The translations under genes were made by a program, and so were the position numbers. From positions 58,512 to 122,511 of the forward strand of contig JAHDYR010000050.1 in assembly GCA_019828565.1 (NCBI GenBank): 64,000 bases of DNA, read 5' to 3'. Origin of the DNA: Carpediemonas membranifera BICM. Its lineage: Eukaryota > Protista > Fornicata. The notes under the pieces were generated by a model. It was not told the origin of the DNA and searched no databases. It saw only the letters and a list, made by a program, of their open reading frames with translations. How positions within the stretch are numbered: position 1 is the first letter of the stretch; every line of letters starts with the position of its first letter. Positions 1 through 12,465 of the stretch are shown in pieces.

Positions 1-227
1 TAATGTCGATGAAATGCTGACCGCGTGATTACTCCTCCAGCGTTTCTAGATGTGGTTTCATTGGTTTCATTCTCAGTGACACCCTTTTACATAATTCATT
101 TACGTTATAAACATATCGAACGAAATGAAGCAAGTGCCGAAAAAGAAGTCTCCTGAACCTATCGCGCGTTCACTGGTCATGATCTTACTACAGATCTTTC
201 AAAGATCACTTTTCGGGCCATGTTGAC

Positions 228-1398
228 ATGCTTCTTTGTCACATTGTCGATGATATCGACGTAGACAGTGGCCTCTCACTGGGAATGCCCAAAGACTCCG
301 TGTTATCGGCCTATAACACTGTCGTGTCGAACTTGCTTGTCCCTGTGTACGGTGGTTTTGTTGCTTTGAAGAAGAAGAACTTCAACGAGAAGGGGTTGCT
401 AGACTGGGCGAGAGATTTGGGTTATAAGCTCGGTTACACCAAGACTAAGCCGATCATCTACCACCAGTTGACGCCGAAAGAGAAGCCTAGCGCCAAGGAT
501 CTGTCAGTTTTCATGAAGGAGATGGCGAATGTCCCTCAGACTAGCCAACGCCCCCTGATATGGACATCGAGAACCTGAAGAAGATGAAGTTCATCTTCCC
601 GACAGGTCTACTTCTTGATGCCAGGCAAAGATATCACAAGCAAAGCGTGCAGACCAAAAGGCTGAGGGGAGATGAACCCAGCTTTCCTGCGTCTCCAATC
701 AAATCTGAGTCACTGCTCAACGATAACAGCCTTCTTGGATCCATTAAGACTGAAAGAGATGCGAAGACTCCCGCTCGTGACTCTTCTCTGACAAATCCTT
801 CGGTCCAACACCAAATGATCCAGGATCTTCACCAATACGTTGTTGGTGAACGAAAGTTCGATATGGCACATCAGCAAGAGCTGAAGCGTCCTACTGCTGA
901 TGACAGTGATGACAGTGATGTCAGCATTGCTGAGAAGACAGGTCCGCTGATTTCTTTCGATATGTTTATGCGTCAACTAGCATTTTTGCTGCGGGCATTG
1001 CACTTCCCCGGATTGGTTGGGCAATCCGGAGAACGAAACTGACTTCGCCCAGTGCGGATCATGCAACCGCTACTACCATGGGAGGTGCGTGAGGTGGCTC
1101 AGCAATGGGAAGAAGGCCATTACCAATTTCACGTGTCCGGATTGTGCTGCTGCTTCTGAATGCACCCGCTGCAAGGCTAAGATCAAATCGTCAAAGGGAA
1201 GGGACTCTTTCTTCTTGCAACATGTGCAAATCTTGGTATTGCAAGCCATGCGGTGTGGCCATGTGGGAGACCTCGATTGATGGAACCGTTGCCAGGTTCT
1301 TATTTTTGCCAGGTCTGCAAGGAAAGCCTCCTGGCACTGAATCCGAGTCTGGCATTGTGAGAGTAAAGGAAGGAAGAAGCGATCCAGCCTTTATGTAA
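228..1398 (+). pseudogene. Frameshifted gene with C-terminal tandem PHD-type zinc fingers
   Basis: Overlapping ORFs 228-578, 560-1042, 1017-1280 and 1105-1398. The frame from 987 reads CCGHC..AQCGSCNRYYHGRC..FTCPDC (C4-H-C3 PHD). A second finger CTRC..CNMCKSWYCKPC..FCQVC is split by frameshifts. The 5' end is uncertain. Confidence 0.75.
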
Positions 1399-1419
1399 TT
1401 TAATCACTTGCGGCTTATC

Positions 1420-3137
1420 TACATACAGCGGCCGGCCGGGGTTAGCCACTCACTGGGGTCAACATCATCCCACGGCAGCAAAATTCGCTGCAGTAGATTG
1501 ACTGTCGTCCCCGCTGGGGAAGGTGGGGAAGGTGTGGAGACGTTTCTATTACGCGTTTATTGGGCAATGTGGGTCAAACAACAATTTCTGCTGGTATTGG
1601 TTTCTCATACAACGGCATCCATGGAAGAGTTGGTGTCCACCGCAGAATATTGTTGTACGCGTACCACCGTTTGTTGAGTGGGTTGAACAGCCAGTAAGTG
1701 CTGGGGACTTATCCATCAGTGTCACTGCATATTTTTTGATGCCTCAAAGCGCGCAATAGCAGGAAACCCATGCGATTGTCTCGAAACCACAGTTTGTCTG
1801 CTCCCGCCGTCTACTCGCACATAGATAAGGACGTTGTTGGGCAATAGCACAAACTTGGAAAGTGGGTACAACCTATACACCCTCATGTTCGCTGCAAGGA
1901 ATCGGGTTTGGGTCCAAAAAATAGAGATCGGACAATGTTGGGGATGAGTCGGGATCTACCGATGAGATAGCAATCATTGCCAGATCTAACGATCATAAAC
2001 CTAGACTGTGCAACAAAGATGATTGCGTCGATCCAGACAGGTGTCCTCCTGAACCCCGGATGGGCGACATCCGTCATGTCATCAGCGGGAATATGACCAG
2101 TGGTATTACCGGTGAAGAACTGGGCTGGGACTATATTCTTTGTCTTGGATGCCCGGACCGTTCCGGACAAGATAACAAGTCCAGGCACGGCCCTGATCCC
2201 TCCAAGATTGACGGGAAGTTTCACCTTAGCAAAACGAAGAGAATCGGTGAGTGAGGGCCACATCGTGTCCAAACCAAGCCATCATATTAACGCCATACTC
2301 CTGAGAAGGCGCTGTAACGAGCACCCCGTGCATTGTGTGCAACATGATGTAAGTGTTGCAGTGGCAGTCAAGAACAAATCGATGCCTGCACCACAGATGC
2401 ATCTTGGCAAGCTTCTCAGCTATGGCTGCGGGGAAAACCGCCTGATGGACAGATGTAACACGAGCGAACCACAAGTTGCCAATGTAGAACGCCTTGCTGG
2501 TTGAGAAGAAGAAACACTTGCCATCAGACCAGAACCGCATGATCCGGTGACGGAATGAACGATGATTGTCGTGGAAGACAAACCCACAATAATGCACGAG
2601 CTCTGATGCATCATAGCTCTTGATGACAGTCCGATCTCTCTTAGCAACACTATGTGAAAACATGAACTTCCTGCACATGAACCAGAGAGCGCTCGAGTCA
2701 CCATCGGTCACCGTCCTCAGTATGGCCCACAACGTCCCTTGTATAAGCGTGTGAAGACGGTCGGGCAGCGATTCGCCTTCGCGAAGCTGAACATCCATGC
2801 TTAGCTGTGGATGGCTTCGCAGTTTGATGACGCGAGAGAGAATCCGGGCAACCTGCGATGCCTGATCCGAATTCTCAAGCTCTTGCGCGTGAAGACAAGC
2901 AAGCTGAAGCATGTCATCAAACGTCTCCAGGTCTTGAAAGATGTGATAGAAATGCGAACGCGCAGGGAACATAAAGAAGACCCTTGTGGCTTGTTCTAAA
3001 TAGCCCGGCAGGTTGTTGGGCAAAGTTTTGCACAGGACACAAGAGTTCCAGTAAAGGTCACAAACACTGAGCGACAATTGTCTGTGATTAGAATCAGTCA
3101 TGTTCCCCCTATAGCTGTTCTTAAACTGCACTGCCAA
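1420..3137 (-). pseudogene. Divergent RCC1-like repeat family protein, frameshifted; paralog of 49477-51006
   Basis: LSMDVQLREGESLPDRLHTLIQGTLWAIL..LWFMCRKFMF aligns with LSMNVELSPGDELPAAMHTLNQGAVWACL..LRFLCRKFFF of the 49477 ORF. Continues in ORF 1883-2272; 3' end approximate. Confidence 0.6.
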
Positions 3138-3228
3138 AAATGAGGTGGAGAAAATGGCATCGACATTTTTTTACGTAGGACCAATATAAACAGCGAAAAA
3201 AACGTAAAGGAAACAAAACTGGGAGGAC

Positions 3229-5802
3229 ATGCATATCTCCACACAAGCTACTTTGGTCATCTGGAGAATGACACCTTACGGTAACATTCTAGCACCATCA
3301 AGCGTTTCCGCCGTCAATGTCATTCTAGCAAACGTTTACACCTCGATCCAAGGACACCACGCTAATGGCATGGATCGACGGTTCCGTCAATGCGATAAGG
3401 ATTCGCGTTCGTTGTTCAAGGCTGTCTTGCTATCTCTAACTGATGGTGATATTGACAAGAGCATTCTTGATCCTGTCTTTGTTTCCTTGCTTGATGGTAA
3501 TACGGATCGTTTTTCGACGTAACATATGTGCTACTGTCAGAGAGTACACACCAACATGGTCCCATGCCTTCTCACCTGCGTCGGACGAGAGAGATAGCTT
3601 GTGCGAGGACAACCACCTGCTACTCGAGAAGATTGAGAACACCGAGCATGCATTTCAGTTCGCAATGGCGCTCAAGCGGATCACTGAAGGTGTCAATGTC
3701 GTTGATGATGAGGTTACTGTCTTTAACGCGATCGCCAAAAGGCTGGGTATCCAGACCATGAAGTTTGATGTCTCACATTATGCTCTCAAAAGACCTTGGG
3801 TGTGATATTAGGAACGTGTTCGGAGTGAAAGAAGCCATGAAAGATCACGAGGCAGATTTTTTTCGAGAGTCTTGTACCAGACGAGATACACTGTTCGCAC
3901 AACACGTTTCGTTATGATCAAAACAACCAGAAGTTCCCTCTCGAACATACGACACGTTTCCCAATTGCAGCTGACGCAATAGGCTCCTTGCCGGTTCCGG
4001 TCAACAACTACTTACATGATGGAACGCACATTACTATCTTCTTCAACAGCGAAGATGAACGAGATCAATGTGTCTCCATGCTTTCCACCCTCAACCCCAC
4101 CAAGTTGAAAAGCGATCGGTGGGCCTTTGTCAAGTCGGTTAAGTATAACATTTCCAGCCGTATTGCACGAGGCATTCAGTCACCACAGTATCTCGAGACA
4201 GCCAGAGATATTTGGTATGATACAACGACACATGTTAGCAGAGAAGCGCGTGTTGAAGCTAGCTACATTCCAGTTGACATTCTCATCTGGTTTGATGCAT
4301 GGCGAGGGACTACGACCGCTGTCAAATTCAGGCTGATTGACATGACAGGAGAGGTCTTTCCGCAGAGAGTGACATCACCATTCAGACTGCTTGAGTACCA
4401 GGGAAAGGAGGATCTTTTGCCAACATACTTTGAGTATATTCAGTCTAACGTGGAAGAGGCAATCCAGAAGTCATTCCAAGTGCGAGAAACTGGAAGGTGG
4501 GCAAGAATCAACAGAGTATTGCTGATTGGTGACCACCCTGCCATGTCGACAGTTGTGGGCTCGCTGCAAGGAGGGCATTATCCATCGCCTTTCCAATCGA
4601 ATAGTAAGCGAAACATGGGTTGGATGCCGTTTGGCGCCACGTTCCGGACCACACTTCAGCACGTCCTCCAAGCCAAAGAAGGTAGTATTGCTGAATCTAC
4701 ATCGGGTATTCCAGATCCTGCCGCGCACTGGGGCAGCTTTCTCCTGGCGACTGACCGAAGGCGTTCGTTGGAATACAGAAGAAGAAGGTTACGTCAAACT
4801 CTCTTTGAGGGATCGTCGATTGCTCCTGACAGTGTGTTTCTTATCCCCCCAATCATGCACTGTTGCCATCATTTCATGGGTCAGGTGGCCCTAATGGCGG
4901 GAATGTTCAAACCGCGGAATGACGGCTCACGAGAAGAGAACGCTCAGTGGGGACGTTATCTGCAATCTATCCAAGATTTCAAACCGCCAGATCGTACAAC
5001 TGGGTGTAATGAGCATATGTTAGGCCGCAGGTTGATGGCCAACATGGCAACGACGTACTATCATGCGTTTCCTGTCTCTGTTCAGTCCATCTTCAGACTA
5101 ATGGGATATCTTTTTCTCCCATTATTACTCAACTGCGACAGTGACGGAAGATATCGTGTGGTGGCATCGAGTTGCTGCACTGTTGGTCCACTTACTCCAT
5201 GTAAGCCTCTCCTTGGTCACTGATAAGCCCATCCCGGTTCCCACACCATCCGAGGCAAAAATCAATGCGGCCATTCACTCAGACGCTATATAGCAATGCA
5301 ATTGTCGCAACCATTCCCGAGATACAAGCCGCAACAATGCTTCCTTTTTGGTGTCATCATTGAGGAGTACTTCGAGAGAGACTTCATTGGCAACCAGGAT
5401 GCTCGTGTACATTTGAGGAGGAACACAGTTCTGCAGCAAGTTATTCTGAGAGAACAAGCGGAGATGTTCTATCGGTTCCTGCGCGGTCCTGTATCTTATG
5501 GTCGACGTGAGGGCCACGTACCACTTCTTTCCCCTCTGATCAGCCTCCGAGTACACAAATGTTGCAAAGATCACGCTCAATGGATTCGTATTCAACAGGA
5601 TATGACAGAAACGTTGCCAAAGTCTGATGTCAACGATCTGAATAGAAAATTCGAGCAGAACGTCGCTCATTTGTGGGAAAGCATGCTGAGACGAGCGCGA
5701 AAGTCATGGAACAATGAAGACTGGCTGTTTATCAAGGTTCGGGATGATCGTGAGAACGGTGTTCGTCTTGACGTGTGTCTATGCAGAGAAGGCTGTCCAT
5801 AA
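3229..5802 (+). pseudogene. RAG1/Transib/Chapaev-like DDE transposase, copy 1 (frameshifted)
   Basis: Pieces 3229-3805, 3988-5223 and 5296-5802. Ordered motifs IWFDAW (D), LIGDHP (D), YPSPF, PPIMH, RTTGCNE and IIEEYFERDF (E) have the order and spacing of the RAG1-type core and all recur in the 37134-39690 paralog. Confidence 0.6.
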
Positions 5803-6397
5803 ATCGTAGTTGTATTTAGCGGGGGAGACAATAATCAACCACACGCCCGACCAAGCAGGAAAGTGACGCCCCTGGGATTGACGGGGGGAAACCCCGCATA
5901 TTCCGGCAGCAAAACTTCGCTGAAACGGAACCACATAATTACTTGACTGATTTTGGATCTTAGAGAAGACTTGACGCGCATAAACTCAGGTTGATCGTCA
6001 AGATCTCCGAAAGGAACGCAACTGCTGCCTAAATCACCTTTTATCATTATTAGTCGGTTCAGCTTTTTTTCTCGCAAGTCCGTCATCATTTCGTGACATA
6101 ATCCGCGGGATCCGTAGCGAACGATGACTCCTCGGAAAAAAACACATAGTTGTGCTCTACACTTGACCTACATTCCAAATATTCACTTTGTTCTTTCCAA
6201 CGGCTCAGTTTTGTCATGCGTTGACCGACCAAGAATGTGAGCGTACACTGACACTATTGGTTGCATGATGTGAAACATCGTGTATTGCGTACATGAACAA
6301 AGTTTTAAGCTGTTATGACTCGTATTCGTTGAGATATGGCTGTTTGTTCATACGCCTAAAAATGCACACATGGTCAAATCTGTCGAAACAAAAAAAG

Positions 6398-6573
6398 AAT
6401 TGGGAATATCTCGGGAATGACACGTTTCCGTTTTTCAAAAATCGGGCAAGCCCAACGAATGATAGTATGGGATCGCCTGCATCATTTGCAAAAAACGGAA
6501 ACGTGTCAATCTCTAGATATCGCCAATTCTGCATAAAAACTTTTTTTTGCAAGGCATAGAACTCTACACTGTG
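6398..6573. repeat. Candidate transposon right end: CACTGTG terminus plus subterminal inverted repeat
   Basis: CACTGTG at 6567-6573; read inward it is CACAGTG-16 nt-GCAAAAAAA. A perfect 18-bp IR at 6418-6435/6491-6508 extends imperfectly to about 6398/6528. Confidence 0.5.
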
Positions 6574-6673
6574 AGCACTAGTGTATTAGTGCTTGCAGAA
6601 GCGGTTACTTGAGTCGATGAAGTATACGCACATGACATAATTAATTAAAACAGTTTAATATTGAGTGAGCCAC

Positions 6674-6755
6674 CAGGAATTTCCCTTATCCAATCAGGGA
6701 ATTTCCTCGGGGGAAAGCCCGAGGAAATTCCCCTACCCAATAAGGGAAATTCCTG
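6674..6755. repeat. 82-bp imperfect palindrome (long hairpin)
   Basis: CAGGAATTTCCCTTAT pairs with ATAAGGGAAATTCCTG, and GGGAATTTCCTCGGG pairs with CCCGAGGAAATTCCC. Confidence 0.9.
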
Positions 6756-7817
6756 CACCCTGGACAGTATGGGTGTGGACATGTAGGTCAGACTTGATCT
6801 GGAAGAGGGGTTCGAAGACCTTGTTGGTGAGGACAGAGATCACGGCATGCAACTCTTGTTCGTATGTTGACCAATTCGACATGGTCTTGTCGTAGGTCTT
6901 CTGGAAACAGGCCAGAATTGAGCGAGTACCGTCCTCCTCATCTTGTATTAGCACGCCTCCTTCGCCAAGTGATGAAGCGTCGGTGTAAATGTGCCAGGGT
7001 CTATCGAGGTCTGGGTATGTTAGGCTGATGTGAAGCGCCAACTGGGACTTGATGTCGTCAAAAGCAGTCAGTTGTCGTCGCGTTTGGCAACGCGGAGGGC
7101 AAGGCGCTGGAGATCATCCATGGCGGTGGGCTTGCGTTCAGCCTTCTTGAACTTCATGACCTCCTTGAAGGGCTTCGGACGTAGGTTGTCGGTGAAGATC
7201 CTCATAGTCTTTCAGAAAGCCTGAGGGGGATTGAGGATCGGGATCGTCGTCATCAGGGGCATCACCGTCGACGTGCCTTACAGGGACGATGGCTGCTTCT
7301 TCGTAGTCGCTGTCGGAGCTGCTGTCGGATTCGGAGTCGGAGTCGTTGTCGTCATCACGTTGTAGTACGGTGTGCAGGTTAAAAACCTCGTTGAAGCGGT
7401 GGATATAGTCTCGGACTAGAACGATTCTAGACTTCTTGTGCGTTGCGTCTACGGCACAGACAATCTTATCGAGACGTTCCTTGAGTGAGAGTAGGTCTCT
7501 TGGAGCGATCAGACGCTCGATGAGGTGACCCACCTCTTCGTCAGTGAGCGTGTCCAGATCGGCATCGAACTGGAGCTCGAGGGCGTTGTAGAGGTCGTCG
7601 TTTAAAAACAGGGAGATCTTGGCCTCGGGGTAGTATACCTGGAACTTTCTGAATGAGCGCTTGGCGGCCCGCCAAGAGTCGGCGGAAAGACCGGCCAAGG
7701 GGATACTGGGCTGCTCTATGGGAGTAGGCAACACCATGATGGAGAGTATTTATACTGTGCTCGAGAGGACGGAAAAACAACTTGGTGCTTTAGTCAAAGA
7801 GAAGTCGACACAACAGT
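6756..7817 (-). mobile_element. Ty3/gypsy remnant F: gag N-terminal half joined by deletion to RNase H
   Basis: 7138-7737 resembles the Gag of the intact element (LIAPRDLLSLKERLDKIVC vs FLAPSSTAELKSKLQSLIC). 6733-7041 carries the RNase H motifs HIYTDASSLG and WSTYEQELHA. Confidence 0.85.
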
Positions 7818-7847
7818 GTCGACCGGAATGGCGGATCGAATCGCCAA

Positions 7848-8219
7848 TCAAATAAAATATTTGATTGGCACACTGCCACAGAGGTCGTCCTGTAGGAGAT
7901 CGATGATCGCCCTGTGGCGCAAGCGAACTACGTCACCCCAGGGGGTGGATTTCGGCTTCGGATCGGAACCCTGCGCGATGACGTCGGGAGTGAGGGCATC
8001 CCACATCCAGGAGAACGTGGGGTATGCCTCTGTGGGGCGCCATGCGGCCTCTAGCAGTTCGACGGACTCTGGGGTCCACGCGTGCAGGAACGTCCGCGGA
8101 CGTCTAACGTTGAAGACTTCGCGGTGCCATACCTCGTAGCCTGCAAGCAAGGAAGGGATGTCCTTAACTATTAGACTGGTGTGTGCGTCAGTGGAGGCAG
8201 AGTATCGATATTGTGCCAT
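7848..8219 (-). CDS. 123-aa ORF, weakly similar to Gag N-terminal domain
   Basis: Clean ATG-to-stop ORF. WTPESVELLEAAW resembles MAPETLDLLEDFF in the 12824-16798 Gag. Confidence 0.4.
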   Translation of the reverse strand: MAQYRYSASTDAHTSLIVKDIPSLLAGYEVWHREVFNVRRPRTFLHAWTPESVELLEAAWRPTEAYPTFSWMWDALTPDVIAQGSDPKPKSTPWGDVVRLRHRAIIDLLQDDLCGSVPIKYFI

Positions 8220-8315
8220 GTTGTTGTGGTCTGTTTACATAAACTGCGGCAGGGTGACTTAGTGGAGTCGATCAGGGTGACTTCAATGACTCGACACTTC
8301 CCCTCTCATGATCGA

Positions 8316-9183
8316 CTACCGTGAACCTTTGCCGCGAAACTTGCGCTTATAGGCGGCGAACTGAAGTTCGTACGACGGATGTTCCGCGAGGTAGACGTCA
8401 AGGGCGGCTAGCTGGTCGTAATACGCGTTGTAGGGAATGTATGAGTTCTCGGACACCTCAAGCCCAGTCCAGTGGACCAAAAGCTCGATCTTACCGCGGC
8501 GGACGCGGTGGCTGACGATGTAGTCAACCTGCTGTTCATCCTGCTCGTAGGCGGCGATGCGCTCGAGTGCCTCAAGGCTGATCTCGCCGCGATGGAAACG
8601 AACGAGACGGTCCTGGTGGACGACGATCTCTGCCTTCGTGACGAGATCACGAATCCGGAATGCGTTGGGGCTCTTCCCTCCCCCAAGCATTATAAGGGGC
8701 CCCCGAAGAGGCGGGAGGAGCTTCGGAGCCCTGGAGGGGTACCTCAGCAGGACGAGTTCCTCGCGGGCCCAGTCGATCTTCTCAGTTGGCTGTGCCGACT
8801 CGTTGACACGCTCATATGCCTTGATGCGAGCGCGCGCTTGCTCGTGAATCGCCAGTACGTCCGAGTGGAACGTCTTGATGGCCGTATGGACGTCTGTGTG
8901 TCCTTCCTGTTGCGTTGCGTTGATGAGAGCGGTTGCTCCGATCTGAGTAAGAGCCGATGTGTGCGAAAAGAGGATGTTGAATGGCGAGAATCCCGTAGTG
9001 GAATGTTCTGTTGAGTTGATAACGTGCTGAACGATCGGGATGAGTGAAAGCCAGTTCTTTGTCTCGCTGTCGAGCAACAGGGCCCGAAGTCTACGAGCAA
9101 TGGTGCCGTTTGCACGTTCCACCACGCCGTTGCTTTGGGGGTGGTACGCAGTGCTGAATCTGTGCTGCAATGAGAGGCGCTTG
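8316..9183 (-). pseudogene. Element A integrase C-terminal half with GPY/F motif and chromodomain
   Basis: YHPQSNGVVER, KLLPPLRGP, QVDYIVSHRVRRGKIELLVHWTG. Confidence 0.92.
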
Positions 9184-9310
9184 TGTTGTAGGCGCGCGGG
9201 GGTAGAACAACAACGAACAATGCGAAGTGTTTAACAACAAAAGACAAATCAAGACCAGATCGTAATCAGATCAGGAATAAATATATGCATGGATCTAAAG
9301 ATCCACGACA
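9184..9310 (-). repeat. 3' LTR of element E
   Basis: TGT..ACA ends, adjacent to the PPT, matches 12339-12465. Confidence 0.93.
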
Positions 9311-12300
9311 CTTCCCTCCCATGGTCAGTAATTGGGCGCCACTGAGCTATGGTGAGCCCAGTTGCTCCCTCGGGATGCTCTAAGGGGGAAATCAGGATCA
9401 AAATCTCGTCAGCAATCAATTGATGACGACATCCAACGAGTTTTCCTATTGCTGGAAGTAATGCCAGTTGAATGAGCACGATCCCAACAAGAGCGCGAAA
9501 ATGGCCCTTAGAAGGCCCAACGAGGCCTCAATGGCGAGTTCTCGCTATTTTCGCTTTCTTCCCTCCGTTCGAGCTCGTAGCCGCCTAAGATCTCAACGAC
9601 GAGCCATATAAGTAATCAATATCAAGTAGTTAGCCGTATAGAAGCGGTATCCACCACCAGTTACTTAGTTATGTTCAAATTAGTTAGTTTTCGGATGGTG
9701 GTGGCGGTGAAAGCGGTAGAGAACGAAGAAACAGAGGTCCATTTACGTGCAGTATGGACATGTTGCGGCTATGATGATGGCTTAAGCCACCACTTGTACC
9801 GTCTTAAGTTCTTCTTGAGCCTGGGGTGAGCGGCAAGGTACGCTTCGAACGCCTCGAGCTGATCCATAGACTTATCGAACTCGTTCCATGTGGAGTCGGC
9901 GTCATCGTACCCCTCATACGCGACGGACAGTTGCAGCCGTCCAGCTCGGATAGTGCTCCATCGTCTTTGTGTCGACGAGAGAGTCTTGGCAAAATATGCG
10001 ACGGGTTTTCCCTCGGAGTTGGTCAGCACACCGCCTATCCCGACGTCAGAAGCGTCTGTAAATAAATGCAGTGCCTCTCTGGGACGTGGGTGGACTAGGA
10101 CTTCCTCGTTCAAGAGGCGGTCCTTGATCCAGGTTGAGGCAGCGTCCTGCTCCTGTCCCCAGTCAAACTTGGATGCCCTCGTGAGTGAGATAAGGGGTTC
10201 CATCCTCGTTGCGTAGTCGGGTAGGAGAGCGCGGAAGTAGTTAGCTAGACCAATGAGGGCGCGGAGACCAGTGAGAGATGTCGCGGGGCGTAGGGCCTTA
10301 ATGGCGTCGAGGCGATCAGAGGAGACCCGCTTACCGTGTGCGTCAATGTGCCAGCCCAGATAGTCTATCTCCGTGGCGGAGAACACAGACTTCGCTAGAT
10401 TGAGCTTCAGGCCATGCCTGGAAAGGCGAGACAGCACATCTTGAAGGTTTGCGAGGTATTCCTCTGGATCGGCCGAAAACTACTATATCATCGATGTAGA
10501 CCAAGCACTTAGTGTAGAGTGCACCGCCCATAGCCTTCTCAAGAGCCCGCTGCATGTGAATAGGCGCGTTTTTCAGCCCAAAGGGCATACGGCAGTATTG
10601 CAGCTTTTTCTTTCCAGCTGTAAAAGCTGTGAGAGGCCTAGAATGGGGGTCAATCTCAACCTGGTGAAATGCTTTTGTGAGGTCCAAGGCAGCGAAAAAC
10701 TGCATGCCCTCGAGATGAGACACGAGGTCATCGATCAATGGTAGGGGATGTATAAGGTCCAGGGTGACCTTGTTGAGCTCCCGAAAGTCCAGACACATCC
10801 TGGCTTCACCGTTGCGTTTGCCAGCCATGACAATAGGGTTGTTGTATGGGGAGTCAGACGGCTCCAGGACTCGTAGAGACTCTAGGGTGTCTGTTTGACG
10901 ATGAATCTCTTTCATCACGGAGTCGGAGTATCTGTATGGATAACGGTTGATGACTTGGGCATCCTTGGTGCGTATGGTGAAGGGATCTAGGAGAGATGGG
11001 GACGAAATGTCGCCGGTGACGTCGTACTTCTTCAGTAGCCTTTGGATCTCTTCTCTAAATAGTTCGATCCGCGGCTCATCGGGTTCTTCCGCCATGGCGT
11101 CCAGTTCCATGTCCTCCCTCGTCATCCAGGATGGAGATGTCGGAGACCTCTGGGATCTCGAAAAGGCCTGTGTTCCGTAACGTGGGGAAGCCAATGACGG
11201 CGTCGAAATCAAGGTTTGGGAGGATGATAAACTTGATATCGGCTGTCAGGTCGTGGCCTGTCACGGAGGGAAAGTGGACTGAGAGTTGCGCGATATGGGT
11301 GCACACAACAATCTGTCCGGTGGCTAGCCTGATACGATGGCGCTCTGGATTGAGCGTGACACCGATTGACTTCGCGAGGGCTAGGCTGAGGAAATTCGCG
11401 GTGGCTCCAGTGTCGTATAGTGCCATGACCTTGTGGTCCCCGAGGTGAATTGGGTAGATTGGTCGATCACGCACATCGGTGCACGAATGGGCTTCATCAA
11501 TAGCGTCCAGGTAATCTTCAGTCAACTCAAGGCAGGGCTGATCTTTTAATTCAGCTTCTGCCTTGGTCTCGTACCGAACGCGTTCCTGCTCCTTGGCCTG
11601 TCTGAGGGAGAGCTGCATCGTCTTGCGCATACTGCGCTTGTCGGCCTCGGTCTTGCACCTTTGGCGCAGACGGGCGTCGCTGATGTTCGATAGGAATTTG
11701 GTTACGCAGATGAGACTCCTTGGGGCGAACGTCACAGCAGTTTTGCAGGGTACGGCGGTACAGCAGACAGTAGTGCATCATGTTCTCGTATAGCTCGCGG
11801 CCCTTCGAAAAGCTTATATCGTTGAAGCGATCGAGGGCACTCTGCTTGTCACGGGGCTTGAAGATACGGTTGACGGCGTCAATAAAGAACTTGTTGAGAT
11901 GCTGGGCTGAAGCGTAAAGCATCGTCGGATCGTTCATGTCGGACTCGTGGGAGAAGATAGAGTCGATGGAGACGTGGTCAGGAGCTTCGGAGGAGGAAGA
12001 GGAAGAGGCGGAGGATGAAGAATCACTGGAGCTGTCGTCGTCGAGAGCTTGTTCTTCTGCCGGAGGCGGAAGAAAGAGAAGTGGATCTCGAGGCTGGGCC
12101 TGAGGGCGTTGGCGTCGGAGGGCTACGTAACGCATCAAGCGTCGAACGTCTTCACTTTCAAGGGCGAAAGTCTCAAGCACAGTGCGTGCAACGCACTCGT
12201 ATATCGGCGCAGGATCGCGTGCTCGAACGGCGTAAAGGTGTAGCTTTCTCTGAAGGAGTACCAGCCCTTTGCCTTAGTGGACGACAGGTATGGGGCGAAA

Positions 12301-12338
12301 TAATTCGTTAGTTGCTCAATGTTCATCAGTAATATTAC

Positions 12339-12465
12339 TGTTGTAGGCGCGCGGGGGTAGAACAACAACGAACAATGCGAAGTGTTTAACAACAAAAGAC
12401 AAATCAAGACCAGATCGTAATCAGATCAGGAATAAATATATGCATGGATCTAAAGATCCACGACA
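12339..12465 (-). repeat. 5' LTR of element E
   Basis: Direct repeat of 9184-9310. Confidence 0.93.

Larger units (their letters stand above)
9184..12465 (-). mobile_element. Ty3/gypsy element E, integrase-core-deleted, with two LTRs and 5-bp TSD GCTTG
   Basis: Matching 127-bp LTRs at 9184-9310 and 12339-12465. GCTTG at 9179-9183 and 12466-12470; PPT 9311-9320. Encodes gag, protease LYDTGA, RT VYIDD, and RNase H FTDAS fused directly to a chromodomain half. Confidence 0.93.

Noticed and set aside
1420-3137. True RAG2 ortholog
   Set aside because: The repeats look RCC1-like, not kelch; the PHD is in a separate gene; the orientation is divergent rather than convergent as in ProtoRAG.
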